This document shows positions 8,477 to 17,658 of a DNA stretch of 64,000 bases, in pieces (within the stretch, counting starts at the first letter, position 1; every line of letters starts with the position of its first letter). Source of the stretch: a virus (Duplodnaviria > Caudoviricetes). Where the stretch lies: positions 1-64,000 of the IMG/VR virus record IMGVR_UViG_3300045391_005708; one strand, written 5' to 3'. Made by a program: the position numbers and the translations under genes. The notes under the pieces are model-generated. The model saw only the letters and a program-made list of their open reading frames with translations, ran no database searches and was not told the DNA's origin.

Positions 8477-8758
8477 ATGGACGTGATCGAGCAACTGCGG
8501 CAGCGGGGCGGCGCCCGCGTCTCCGTGGGAGGCACCGCGCACGACGTGCGCGTCGAGATGCTGAGGCGCGACCCGGACGACCCGCTGAGCGACGAGCCCG
8601 TGCTGAGCCTGGAGAGCGCGGCGCTCCTCCTCGCCGCCAACTCCACGGTGACCTGCCGGTTCTGGCTGTGCCGCCTCGTCGGCCACAGGGCGTTCAAGGC
8701 CACCGACCGGCCGAAGACCTACTTCCGCTGCGAGCGGACCACGAGGGAGATCCCGTGA
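8477..8758 (+). CDS. Hypothetical protein
   Basis: AGGA RBS and ATG; fills the gap; GTGA overlap with the next gene. Confidence 0.6.
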   Translation: MDVIEQLRQRGGARVSVGGTAHDVRVEMLRRDPDDPLSDEPVLSLESAALLLAANSTVTCRFWLCRLVGHRAFKATDRPKTYFRCERTTREIP

Positions 8759-9831
8759 AGCGCGTACTGCTGACCGGCGCCGGGGGGTTCGTCGGGTCCC
8801 ACGCCCTGAGGCACCTGCTGGCCAAGACGGACTGGGAGGTCGTCGCGCCCGTGACCTTCCAGCACAAGGGCCTGGCCGACCGGATCCGCCTGGCGATGGA
8901 CGACATGCCGGACGCCGCGCACCGCGTCGACGTGGTGCGCTGCGACCTGGCGGCGGGCTCCGTCAGCCTCGTCACGGACGAGCGGTTCGGGGACATCGAC
9001 TACGTGATCAACTTCGCGAGCGAGAGCCACGTGGACCGGAGCATCACGCACCCCGGCCCGTTCATCCAGAACAACGTGGCCCTCGTCACCAACCTGCTGG
9101 ACTGGGCGCGGTGGCGGCAGGACGTCGGCCGCGGCCCGGCGGCGGTCGTGCAGATCTCCACCGACGAGGTCTACGGCCCGGCGGCCCCGGGCACCGCGCA
9201 CGAGGAGTGGCGGGACCTGCACCTGCCCAGCAACCCGTACAGCGCCAGCAAGGCCGCCCAGGAGGACATCGCCTTCGCCTACTGGCGGACGTACGACCTG
9301 CCCCTGGTCCTCACCAACACCATGAACATCATCGGGGAGACGCAGGACGCCGAGAAGTTCGTGCCCCTGGTCATCCGCAGGGTGCTGGCCGGGGAGAGGG
9401 TCACCCTGCACGCGTCGAAGGACGGCGAGCCCGGCAGCCGGTTCTACCTCCACGCCCGCAACCAGGCGGACGGCGTGCTGCACGTCCTCAACTGGGTGGC
9501 CCGCTCGCTGGACAGGGGGTTCGTCAACGCCCCGGACATCGAGGAGAGCCTGCGCTACAGCCACGGCGGCTCGCGGCCGTACCGCTTCCACATCGTCGGC
9601 GAGCAGGAGGTCGACAACCTGACGATGGCGAGGAACATCGCGCGGTTCGTCGGCCGCGACCTGGACTACGACCTGGCGGACTTCCACTCGTCGCGACCCG
9701 GCCACGACCTGCGCTACGCCTTGGACGGCAGGAAGATGGGCGAGATCGGGTGGGAGCCCCCGATCCCCCTGTGGAGCAGCCTGGCCAAGACCGTGGGGTG
9801 GACGCTGGAGCACCCGGAGTGGCTGAAGTGA
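8755..9831 (+). CDS. dTDP-glucose 4,6-dehydratase-like NAD-dependent epimerase/dehydratase (RmlB-like)
   Basis: LLTGAGGFVGSH, FASESHVDRSI, STDEVYG, PSNPYSASK, RPGHDLRYALD. Confidence 0.92.
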   Translation: MKRVLLTGAGGFVGSHALRHLLAKTDWEVVAPVTFQHKGLADRIRLAMDDMPDAAHRVDVVRCDLAAGSVSLVTDERFGDIDYVINFASESHVDRSITHPGPFIQNNVALVTNLLDWARWRQDVGRGPAAVVQISTDEVYGPAAPGTAHEEWRDLHLPSNPYSASKAAQEDIAFAYWRTYDLPLVLTNTMNIIGETQDAEKFVPLVIRRVLAGERVTLHASKDGEPGSRFYLHARNQADGVLHVLNWVARSLDRGFVNAPDIEESLRYSHGGSRPYRFHIVGEQEVDNLTMARNIARFVGRDLDYDLADFHSSRPGHDLRYALDGRKMGEIGWEPPIPLWSSLAKTVGWTLEHPEWLK

Positions 9832-9850
9832 GCGCGGCCCTCCCGGCCCG

Positions 9851-9859
9851 GGGTATGAT
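9851..9859 (+). promoter_or_regulatory. Putative -10 box GGG-TATGAT
   Basis: Intergenic, upstream of whiB. Confidence 0.5.
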
Positions 9860-9888
9860 CGGCCAAAACCGACGCCCGGAGGCCCCCC

Positions 9889-10146
9889 TTGAACCAGGCC
9901 GCGACCGCCCCGTGGAGGCACACGGAGCAGGTCCTCGAATGCACGAACAAGTCGCCCCTGTTCTTCCCTCCCGACTACACCCAGACCTTCGCCGGGGACA
10001 TCGCCCGCGCCAGGGCGCTCTGCCGGGCGTGCCCCCTGCAGCCCGCCTGCCTGGAGTGGGCCCTGTCCCAGACGGGGCTGGAGGGGGTCTGGGGCGGCAC
10101 GACCCCCGCGGACCGGCGCCGCATCAGGCGCCAGCGGGCGGCGTGA
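9889..10146 (+). CDS. whiB: WhiB family transcription factor
   Basis: C....LFFP......A..LCRACPLQPACLEWAL....GVWGGTT..RR; GGAGG RBS and TTG start. Confidence 0.9.
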   Translation: MNQAATAPWRHTEQVLECTNKSPLFFPPDYTQTFAGDIARARALCRACPLQPACLEWALSQTGLEGVWGGTTPADRRRIRRQRAA

Positions 10147-10147
10147 C

Positions 10148-11017
10148 GTGGAGGTACTGACCTACCCGCTCCGGCGGAGGATCGACTGGTCCAAGCCACC
10201 CCCGGCCACGAGGCGCTGCTCGTCGGACCTCATCTGCGGCGACGGCCGCCGGTTCACCGGCTCGTTCAGGACCGTGTGCCACATGGCCTGGCTGTTCGAG
10301 GAACTGGCCAGGGACCACCCCGGCGCGACCCTCCACGTGATCCAGCCGCCCTACCACGTCGGCTGGCCCCCGAGCGCGGGCACGCACGACAAGGACGCGT
10401 GCAGCGACGTGTGGATCTTCGGCCTGGAGCCGCGGGTCGCCGAGCGGTGGCTGAGGGCGCACGGCTTCTGGTGCTGGTGGAGGCACACCGGCACCTGGGC
10501 GGACCCCCCGGACTGGCACCACCACGGATTCACCGCCCCGGCGGACGGCCACCACTTCGCCGTCCCGGTCGGCGTCTACGTCGACGGCGGGCTGTCCACC
10601 CAGGGCCGCATCGTCGCCTCCTCGCAGATCCAGGACGCGCACAACCGCGCGCAGGGCCTGTCCGGCCTGCACGCCCCCGGCTGCGACCCGGCCCCGTGGC
10701 CGCCGGAGCCCTACCCCCGCTTCAACCTCGCCGCGTACGTCAAGCACAAGGAGCAGGAGACGATGGAGTACAAGGACTGGAGCGACGCCTCCAAGCGGCA
10801 GTTCGCCGCGGACGTGGCCAAGGTCGTCGCGGCCGGGAACCAGGACCTCCTGGCCACCCAGGTCAGCGTGCGGACCAACGACAACACCGCCTTCACCAAG
10901 GTCACGCTGAAGCAGGCGTGGGCGCGGGCCGCCAACGCCGTCCCGTTCCTGCGCGACAAGACCACCGACCTGAAGGACCTCATCAAGAAGTCCGACCAAG
11001 ACAACGCGACGCCGTGA
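10148..11017 (+). CDS. Putative endolysin, M15-like Zn peptidase domain
   Basis: IQPPY..SAGTHDKDACSD...GF..W.R...W..H.H resembles the SxGTH..D..H pattern of actinophage lysins. Confidence 0.6.
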   Translation: MEVLTYPLRRRIDWSKPPPATRRCSSDLICGDGRRFTGSFRTVCHMAWLFEELARDHPGATLHVIQPPYHVGWPPSAGTHDKDACSDVWIFGLEPRVAERWLRAHGFWCWWRHTGTWADPPDWHHHGFTAPADGHHFAVPVGVYVDGGLSTQGRIVASSQIQDAHNRAQGLSGLHAPGCDPAPWPPEPYPRFNLAAYVKHKEQETMEYKDWSDASKRQFAADVAKVVAAGNQDLLATQVSVRTNDNTAFTKVTLKQAWARAANAVPFLRDKTTDLKDLIKKSDQDNATP

Positions 11018-12075
11018 GGGTCGCGGTCGTCCCCGCCGACAAGGGCGGGTGCGGGTACTACCGCCTGATCTGGCCAGCCCAGGCGGTCGCCCTGGCGCGC
11101 CCGGACTGGGAGGTCGCGATCTACGAGCCCGCGACCGTGCAGGCGGGGTTCGAGCAGGGCACGGACAGGTTCGTCGGCGTGCGCGGCCTGGAGGTCCCGG
11201 ACGTGCTGGTCATGCAGCGCACCGGGTCGATGGGCCAGTTCCACGTGGCCCGCTGGGCGCGCGAGCAGGGCGCCGCGACCGTGATCGACTTCGACGACGC
11301 GATGTGGTGCATCGACAGGGACAACTACGCCTGGTCCTCGTGGAACGGCGGGGGCGACGGCAAGCAGCACTGGAGGACGTGCGACGCGGCCGCCCGGGAG
11401 GCGGACCTGGTGACCGTCACGACCGACTACCTGGCGAGGCACTACGGCAAGCAGCACGCCCGGACCGAGGTCATCCCGAACTTCGTCCCCCAGGCGGCGC
11501 TCGAACTCCCGCACGCGGAGCGCGAGGACGACGCCTTCTACGCGGGCTGGTCGGGCTTCACCAGGACGCACCCGGGCGACTGCAAGGTCAGCGCGCCCGC
11601 GGCCCTCGCCGTGAAGGACAACGGCGGCAAGGTGATGGGCATCACCGACCCGGAGGGCATCGCCGAGGAGTGGGGCGTCGACCTCGACCGCTCCCTGCCT
11701 CCGCAGCGGTTCGGCCCGCCCTACTACACCGCGCTGAGCAACCTGGACCTCATGCTGGTCGGCCTGACGGACACCCCGTTCAACAGGGCCAAGAGCACCC
11801 TGAAGGTCCTGGAGGCCGCGGCGATGGGCGCGCCGAGCGTCGCGCCGGACAACCCGCCGCACCGGCTCCTGAGGCGCGAGGGCTTCCCGGTCACGCTGGC
11901 CAGCACCCCCTCCGAGTGGTACGAGGCGGGCAAGCGGTTCGCGGCCGACCCGGCGTACGCCCGGGACATGCGGTTCCAGACCGCGGCCGCCGCGACCGGC
12001 TACACCATCGAGGGCAACGCCGAGCGCTGGGCTCAGGCGTGGGAGCGGGCCTGGCGCCGGAGGCAACTCACGTGA
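11014..12075 (+). CDS. Glycosyltransferase (GT-B fold, GT4-like)
   Basis: GGCGYYRLIWP, VIDFDD, ADLVTVTT..LA, IPNFVP, FNRAKSTLKVLEAAAMGAP. Confidence 0.85.
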   Translation: MRVAVVPADKGGCGYYRLIWPAQAVALARPDWEVAIYEPATVQAGFEQGTDRFVGVRGLEVPDVLVMQRTGSMGQFHVARWAREQGAATVIDFDDAMWCIDRDNYAWSSWNGGGDGKQHWRTCDAAAREADLVTVTTDYLARHYGKQHARTEVIPNFVPQAALELPHAEREDDAFYAGWSGFTRTHPGDCKVSAPAALAVKDNGGKVMGITDPEGIAEEWGVDLDRSLPPQRFGPPYYTALSNLDLMLVGLTDTPFNRAKSTLKVLEAAAMGAPSVAPDNPPHRLLRREGFPVTLASTPSEWYEAGKRFAADPAYARDMRFQTAAAATGYTIEGNAERWAQAWERAWRRRQLT

Positions 12076-12680
12076 GGGGCGCCGCCGCGGTCGTCTGCAC
12101 CCACGACCGGCCCAGGGACTACGCGGACTGCGTGGCGGCGATCGCGCCCCAGGTGGACCTGCTCGTGGTCGTCGCGCACGGCGAGCCCGAGTACGCCTGG
12201 GAGGCGTTCCGCGACCGGCCCGCGTGGCTGGCGGTGGCCATGATCCCCTACTACGCCGAGGTCCCGAACATCTCGACCATGTGGAACATGGGGCTCTCCA
12301 ACGCGCACAACTACTTCCAGAGCAACTACGACGTGGCGGTCCTCAACGACGACGCGATCGTGCCGGACGACTGGTTCGGCCGCGTCACCGCGGCGATGCG
12401 CGACAAGGGGGCGGCCGCGGGCTGCGTGCTCCGGCCGTGGGACGACCGCATGGCGGGCTACGCGTTCGTCCTCGACGGCGACAGGGGCCTGCGCCTGGAC
12501 GAGCAGTTCCGGTGGTGGTACGGCGACACGGACCTCCAGCGCCAGGCCGAGGCCGCGGGCGGCGTCGCCTTCGCGCACGGGCGGGACGTGGAGCACCGGC
12601 ACCCGGACAGCACGACGGTCGGGGTCCTGGCCGAGGTCGCGGCGGAAGACCGCCTGCGCTACGAGAGGAAGTGGGGATGA
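12072..12680 (+). CDS. Glycosyltransferase (GT-A fold, GT2-like)
   Basis: VVCTHDRP, WNMG, VAVLNDD, RLDEQFRWWYGDTD, VEH. Confidence 0.8.
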   Translation: MRGAAAVVCTHDRPRDYADCVAAIAPQVDLLVVVAHGEPEYAWEAFRDRPAWLAVAMIPYYAEVPNISTMWNMGLSNAHNYFQSNYDVAVLNDDAIVPDDWFGRVTAAMRDKGAAAGCVLRPWDDRMAGYAFVLDGDRGLRLDEQFRWWYGDTDLQRQAEAAGGVAFAHGRDVEHRHPDSTTVGVLAEVAAEDRLRYERKWG

Positions 12681-13345
12681 CGACAGAGGAGACCCGGTAC
12701 GTGGCCTACCGCGACGACCTGCTGGCGCCGGAGAACTGGCGCGCCGACCCGTTCCCGCACGCCGTCGTCGACGGCCTGTGGAACGACGACCTCCTGGAGG
12801 CCGCCCGCCGGGAGTTCCCGGAGCCGGACAGCATGTCCTGGAAGACTTACGCCGACCCCGAGGAGCGGGGCAAGAAGGCGATCGACGATCCGGGCTGGTG
12901 GGGACCGGCCGTCACGGAGTTCTTCCGGCACGCCAACGGCCTCGCCCAGGCGCTCACCGCCATGACGGGGATCGCGGACCTGACGAGCGACCCGCTGGGC
13001 GGGGGCATGCACGAGACGGGCGAGGGCGGCCGCCTGGGCATGCACGTCGACTTCAACTACCACCCGGACGGCCGCGTCCGACGCTTGAACCTCCTCACGT
13101 ACCTCAACCACACCTGGCACTGCGACTGGGGCGGCTGCCTCTACCTGGGCGCCGACCGCGGGGTCGCGGTCGAGCCGCGGTGGAACCGCACCGTGCTGTT
13201 CGAGTGCGGCAACGCCTCCTGGCACGGGCACCCGGACCCGGTGACGGACGGCCACCTGAGGCGGAGCCTGGCCACGTACTACTACACCCCGCCGGGGTCC
13301 GTCGACCTGGGCGAGGCCCACACGACCATCTACAGGCGCGACTGA
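12677..13345 (+). CDS. 2OG-Fe(II) oxygenase (prolyl-hydroxylase-like)
   Basis: PFPHAVVD, GGGMH..G..L.MHVDFN (HxD), RRLNLL.YLN, WHGHP (distal His), RRSLA.YYY (2OG Arg). Confidence 0.88.
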   Translation: MTTEETRYVAYRDDLLAPENWRADPFPHAVVDGLWNDDLLEAARREFPEPDSMSWKTYADPEERGKKAIDDPGWWGPAVTEFFRHANGLAQALTAMTGIADLTSDPLGGGMHETGEGGRLGMHVDFNYHPDGRVRRLNLLTYLNHTWHCDWGGCLYLGADRGVAVEPRWNRTVLFECGNASWHGHPDPVTDGHLRRSLATYYYTPPGSVDLGEAHTTIYRRD

Positions 13346-13346
13346 C

Positions 13347-13841
13347 GTGCACCCGGAGGCGCACGAGGGCTTCGGCCTGATGCTGGAGGCGAGCGGCACG
13401 ACGGTCGGCCCCGGCGCGACCGTCCTGGACGTCGGGGGGCAGCACGTCAACGGCTCCGTCCACGACCTGCTCGGGGGCGCGCGGGTGACCACCCTGGACC
13501 TGGAGAACGCCGACATCGTGGCCGACGCGAGGCTGTGGCGCCCGGACCGGCTGTACGACATCGTGATGGCCACCGAGGTCTTCGAGCACGTCGCCGAGTG
13601 GCGGGACGTGCTGGACACGATGCGCGCGGCGCTGGCCCCGGACGGCGTGCTACTGGCCACGTGCGCCAGCACGGACAGGCCGGTGCACGGCGCGACCGGC
13701 GCGCCCCTGCCCGCGGACGGCGAGCACTACGCGAACGTGAACCCGACCGACCTGAAGGTCGCCCTGGAGGCCCGGTTCTCCGAGAGCGAGGTCCACTACC
13801 GCTACCCGCCGGGCGACGCCTACTGCTGGGCGCGGCCGTGA
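13347..13841 (+). CDS. Class I SAM-dependent methyltransferase
   Basis: VLDVGGQHVNG, LD..ADIVADA, YDIV..TEVFEH, L.PDG.L. Confidence 0.85.
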   Translation: MHPEAHEGFGLMLEASGTTVGPGATVLDVGGQHVNGSVHDLLGGARVTTLDLENADIVADARLWRPDRLYDIVMATEVFEHVAEWRDVLDTMRAALAPDGVLLATCASTDRPVHGATGAPLPADGEHYANVNPTDLKVALEARFSESEVHYRYPPGDAYCWARP

Positions 13842-14416
13842 GGCTCCAGCGGGTCGGCGAGGTGTCCGGCACCGACAAGGCGCACCCGCACACCTACCTG
13901 CCGCACTACGAGGACGAGATCTCCCGGCTGGACCGGCCGGGCGGCGGGGTCCTCCTCGAACTCGGCGTGCTGGACGGCGCGTCGACCGCCATGTGGCGGC
14001 GCTGGCTGCCCCCCTCCTGGGTCGTGATCGGCCTGGACATCGAGCACAAGGAGCCCGTGGCCGGGACCCTGTTCGTCCACGGCCCCCAGGACGACCCGGC
14101 GGCCGTCCAGGCGGCGGCCGACCTGGCGCCGGGAGGCCTGACCGTGGTGGTGGACGACGCCTCGCACGAGAGCGAGAAGACGATCCGGTCGTTCGAGTTG
14201 CTGTGGCCGCACCTGCAGCCCGGCGGCCTGTACTTCGTCGAGGACCTGCGCACGTCGTACCACCTGCTCTGGAACGACTACCCGGGGCCGACGATCATGG
14301 AGCACCTGAAGGGCCTGGCCGACAGGGTGCACGACGAGGGGAGCGAGTACGCGTGCGTGAAGATCTGGCCCGGCCTGGGCCTCGTGCAGAAGGCGACCCC
14401 TACGACTGGGGGCTGA
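13838..14416 (+). CDS. Class I SAM-dependent methyltransferase (sugar O-methyltransferase-like)
   Basis: GTDK..H.Y..HY, LLELGV..GAS..MW..W, GLDI, VVDDASH, L.PGG.Y.VED. Confidence 0.85.
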   Translation: MRLQRVGEVSGTDKAHPHTYLPHYEDEISRLDRPGGGVLLELGVLDGASTAMWRRWLPPSWVVIGLDIEHKEPVAGTLFVHGPQDDPAAVQAAADLAPGGLTVVVDDASHESEKTIRSFELLWPHLQPGGLYFVEDLRTSYHLLWNDYPGPTIMEHLKGLADRVHDEGSEYACVKIWPGLGLVQKATPTTGG

Positions 14417-14513
14417 CCCCGGAGGCGCTGTTCCGGGTCAAGGAGGGCTTCTCGGTCAGCGTGGGGTTAGCATTGACCCCGGCGCTGGAGTCGAACCTGA
14501 GGGAGGCCGGGCC

Positions 14514-15230
14514 GTGGCCAAGCGAGTCGAGTTGATCCCGAGCAGCGACCCGCGGCTGGGCCGCCACGTCGACCACGACGAGCGGAGCCGGTCGTTCGCC
14601 CTCGTGGCGGGCGTGGACAGGTCGGCCTGGGTCGACAGGCGGGTGCGGGTCTACGACCCGTCGCCCAACCCCAACCAGACGGTCGGCAACTGCACCGTGT
14701 GCGCCAAGGCCGTGCAACTCAACGCGGCCGGGAACCGGCTGGCGGGCGTCCGGCTGAGCATGGGGTGGGCGATGCTGGCCTACGGGTGGGAGACGGCCCA
14801 CGACGAGTTCCCCGGCCAGTACCCGCCCGACGACACGGGCTCGTCCGGGCTCGCCGCGTGCAAGACCGCGCAGCACCTCGGCGCCGGGGGCCAGTACCAG
14901 TGGATCTTCGGGGGCGCCGACGAGGTGGTCGCGAACGTCATGACCGGCAAGGTGGTCAACGTCGGGACCGCCTGGTACGACGACATGTTCACCGGCTGGA
15001 GGTCCTACTACGGCCTGCCGGTGGTCCGGCCGGGCGGGGGCGTCGCGGGCGGCCACGAGTGGGCCGTGCGGGGCTACAGCGTGAGCAGCGACCGCGTGCT
15101 GGCCCGGTGCTGGTGGGGCGAGCCGGACGGCAGCCTCGACGTGCACAAGGACTTCTGGGTCGCCCGCGGGGACCTGGAGGACCTGCTGCAGGACCAGGGC
15201 GACGCCCACTGGCAGATGAGGGCCGGGTGA
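14514..15230 (+). CDS. Papain-like cysteine peptidase
   Basis: NQ..GNCT (oxyanion Gln and catalytic Cys), DTGSS, GGHEW (His), RCWWG in place of the usual NSWG. Confidence 0.65.
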   Translation: MAKRVELIPSSDPRLGRHVDHDERSRSFALVAGVDRSAWVDRRVRVYDPSPNPNQTVGNCTVCAKAVQLNAAGNRLAGVRLSMGWAMLAYGWETAHDEFPGQYPPDDTGSSGLAACKTAQHLGAGGQYQWIFGGADEVVANVMTGKVVNVGTAWYDDMFTGWRSYYGLPVVRPGGGVAGGHEWAVRGYSVSSDRVLARCWWGEPDGSLDVHKDFWVARGDLEDLLQDQGDAHWQMRAG

Positions 15231-15811
15231 TCACGACGGTCACGCCGTCGATCCCCGTCCGCGGGGACCACGGCGGCATGCTGGAGCGGGCCCTGGCCAG
15301 CATCCGGGCGCAGACCCTCCCGCCGAGCGAGGTGGTCGTGGAGTTCGACGAGTTCCGGCAGGGCGCGGCGGCGACCCGGCAGCGCGGCCTGGAGAAGGTC
15401 GCTACCGACTGGGTGGCCTTCCTGGACGACGACGACGAGATGAAGCCCTGGCACCTGGAGACGCTGGCACGCGCGGCCGAGGAGTCCGGCGCCGACTACG
15501 TGTACTCCTGGTACGAGGTCAGCGGCGGCCTCGACCCCATGTGGCAGTTCTTCGGCCAGCCCTGGGACGACGCGGCCCCGCACCAGACGACCATCACGAC
15601 CCTGGTGAGGACCGACCTCGCGCAGTCAGTGGGCTTCGGCGGCGAGCCCGAGCCGGACCCGAACGGGGGCGGGGCCTACGTCTCCGGCGAGGACTACCGC
15701 TTCACGCTGGGCTGCCTGGCCGCGGGCGCCAGGATCCTCCACGTGCCCCAGGTCACCTGGATCTGGCACCACCACGGGGCCAACACGAGCGGCCTGCCCG
15801 ACCGCTGGTGA
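15227..15811 (+). CDS. Glycosyltransferase family 2
   Basis: LERALASIRAQT, GAAATR..GL..V.TDWVAFLDDDD, W.WHHHG.NTSG. Confidence 0.88.
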   Translation: MITTVTPSIPVRGDHGGMLERALASIRAQTLPPSEVVVEFDEFRQGAAATRQRGLEKVATDWVAFLDDDDEMKPWHLETLARAAEESGADYVYSWYEVSGGLDPMWQFFGQPWDDAAPHQTTITTLVRTDLAQSVGFGGEPEPDPNGGGAYVSGEDYRFTLGCLAAGARILHVPQVTWIWHHHGANTSGLPDRW

Positions 15812-15829
15812 AGCGGTTCCGCTGTTCCG

Positions 15830-15858
15830 CTGCGTCCTGCTTCCGCACGTGGTACGAT
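15830..15858 (+). promoter_or_regulatory. Putative promoter CTGCGT-17-TACGAT for the sortase operon
   Basis: 17-bp spacing; resembles TTGCGT-17-TATGCT at 17600; GAGGAAACC follows at 15903-15911. Confidence 0.5.
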
Positions 15859-15917
15859 CCAACCGCCGGTCCGTCCGTGGGGACGGGCGCAACCGGCGAC
15901 GAGAGGAAACCCTGGAA

Positions 15918-16982
15918 ATGAGACGCATCTTCGCGACCGCCCTGGCGGCCGCCCTGGTGTCGCTCGGTCTGGTGGCCGCGACCCAGGTCGCGGCGTCGGC
16001 GCACACCCCTCAGGTGAGCGCGGACTGCCAGGGCCTGCACGTGGCCCTGAGCAACTACCGGACCGGCGAGGCCGGTCCGAACGTCTGGTACAACTGGTCC
16101 CCGAACAAGGACCAGGGGTCGTTCGACGGCCCGCCCGACTGGCCGACCGACGCGCGCGGCACCTGGCACGAGCACGACAACAATGGAGGCCCCGAGCAGG
16201 GGACGTTCGGGACGTTCTCGACCTCGGACGGCAACGGCCGGGCCTCGTGGTTCCACCGGGAGCACGGCGAGGCGGCCGGGACGAACCACGTCACGGTCGT
16301 CGTGGACGGCGCGGCCGTGACGGACGAGGACTTCACCGGCTCGTTCAGCCAGGACTACCCCTGGGACGACACCGAGGGCCACACCTTCACGGTCACCGTG
16401 ACGGCGTGGGACGACCCGACCGGCGAGAAGGGCTACACCTTCACCGAGTCCGGCAGCCAGGACGCCTGCGCCCAGCCTCCGGGCGAGGCCAGCGCGACCG
16501 TCGACCTGGACACGGCCGCCGACTGCGACTCGTCCAGCACGGTCACCGACACGGCCGAGCACGCGGCGCTGACCTCCAACGGCGGCGTCCTGGACGAGTC
16601 CGTGGGCGACCACGTGGCGACGTTCACGGCCGACGCGGGCTTCGCCTTCGACGGCCAGCCGACCCTCGACGTGCCGTACACGATCGAGGCCGCGACCGGC
16701 GGCTGCACCCCGCCGCCCTGCCAGGGCGACGGCTGCAACCCGCCGCCTCCCCCGGGCTGCACGCAGCACTGCAGCCCCGCGCCCCCGCCGCACGGCAACC
16801 CGCCGCCGAAGCACCCGGCCTCGCCGGGCACGCCGACCGTGGTGGACGCCGGGCTCCCTGCGGGCGGGCGGCACGACGACCGGGGCGGCCTCCTGGCCCT
16901 CCTGGGCGCGTGCCTGGGCGGCGTCCTCGCGGCCACCGGCCTCACCCTGGCGCACCAGCGCCGCGTGAAGGCGGGCCGCTGA
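15918..16982 (+). CDS. Cell-surface protein, putative sortase substrate
   Basis: Signal peptide (MRRIFATALAAALVSLGLVAATQVAASA), beta-rich domains, Pro/Cys linker, TPTVVDAGLPAGG, C-terminal TM helix and basic tail RRVKAGR. Confidence 0.8.
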   Translation: MRRIFATALAAALVSLGLVAATQVAASAHTPQVSADCQGLHVALSNYRTGEAGPNVWYNWSPNKDQGSFDGPPDWPTDARGTWHEHDNNGGPEQGTFGTFSTSDGNGRASWFHREHGEAAGTNHVTVVVDGAAVTDEDFTGSFSQDYPWDDTEGHTFTVTVTAWDDPTGEKGYTFTESGSQDACAQPPGEASATVDLDTAADCDSSSTVTDTAEHAALTSNGGVLDESVGDHVATFTADAGFAFDGQPTLDVPYTIEAATGGCTPPPCQGDGCNPPPPPGCTQHCSPAPPPHGNPPPKHPASPGTPTVVDAGLPAGGRHDDRGGLLALLGACLGGVLAATGLTLAHQRRVKAGR

Positions 16983-16983
16983 G

Positions 16984-17568
16984 GTGGGGCGCCTGCCCGG
17001 TCTCCTCGTCGCCCTCGGGCTGGCTGTCGCGCTGACGACCGCCCTCCCCTGGCTCGTGGACGGCCCCGGGCGGGCGCCCTCCGAGGCGCCTGCGGCCGCG
17101 CCCCCGTCGCGGCCGCAGGCGCCGACCTCCCGGCCGCAGGGCGGCCCGACCATCTCCCCGTCCAGCCGCCCCCCGGAGCGGCTGAGGCTGTGGCACTACG
17201 ACGCCCCCGTGGTGCCCGTCCGGCCGGTCGGCGGCGTGCTCACGCCCCCGGCCGACGCCTCCGTGCTGGGCTGGTGGGGCCGACCGGCCTGCGCCCGGCG
17301 CGGCGCCACGCTCCTGACCGGCCACACGGTCGCGGGGACCGGCGGCGAGTTCGGCGACCTGGCCGACGTTCCCCTCGGCGCGAGGGCCGACGTGTCCGGC
17401 TGCCCCTACCGCGTGGCCAGCGTCCGGCAGGTCCCCTTCTCGGGCTGGCGCCCGGGCCTGCTGGCCCCGACCGGCCCGCCCCGCCTCGTGCTCGTCACGT
17501 GCTCCGGCTACCGGGGCGGCGGCGTGTACACGCGGAGCACCGTCGTCGTGCTCCGGCCCGCCGCCTGA
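16984..17568 (+). CDS. Class F sortase
   Basis: N-terminal TM anchor, P-rich linker, L.PP.D...GWW, ATLLTGHT (His), F.DL, RLVLVTCSG (Cys), YTRSTVV. Confidence 0.88.
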   Translation: MGRLPGLLVALGLAVALTTALPWLVDGPGRAPSEAPAAAPPSRPQAPTSRPQGGPTISPSSRPPERLRLWHYDAPVVPVRPVGGVLTPPADASVLGWWGRPACARRGATLLTGHTVAGTGGEFGDLADVPLGARADVSGCPYRVASVRQVPFSGWRPGLLAPTGPPRLVLVTCSGYRGGGVYTRSTVVVLRPAA

Positions 17569-17599
17569 CCCGGGCGGACGGGAAAACCTCGCCAAAGAC

Positions 17600-17628
17600 T
17601 TGCGTTTCTGACCTGGACGTGTTATGCT
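17600..17628 (+). promoter_or_regulatory. Housekeeping-sigma-type promoter TTGCGT-17-TATGCT
   Basis: Canonical spacing in an AT-richer intergenic stretch; GAGGAAACCG RBS at 17649-17658. Confidence 0.65.
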
Positions 17629-17658
17629 TCTGCCAACAGCACGACCGAGAGGAAACCG

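Noticed and set aside
12677-13345. TET/JBP-type DNA base hydroxylase
   Set aside because: Motifs match the prolyl-hydroxylase-like 2OG-Fe(II) group rather than TET/JBP, so DNA hypermodification is not supported from sequence alone.
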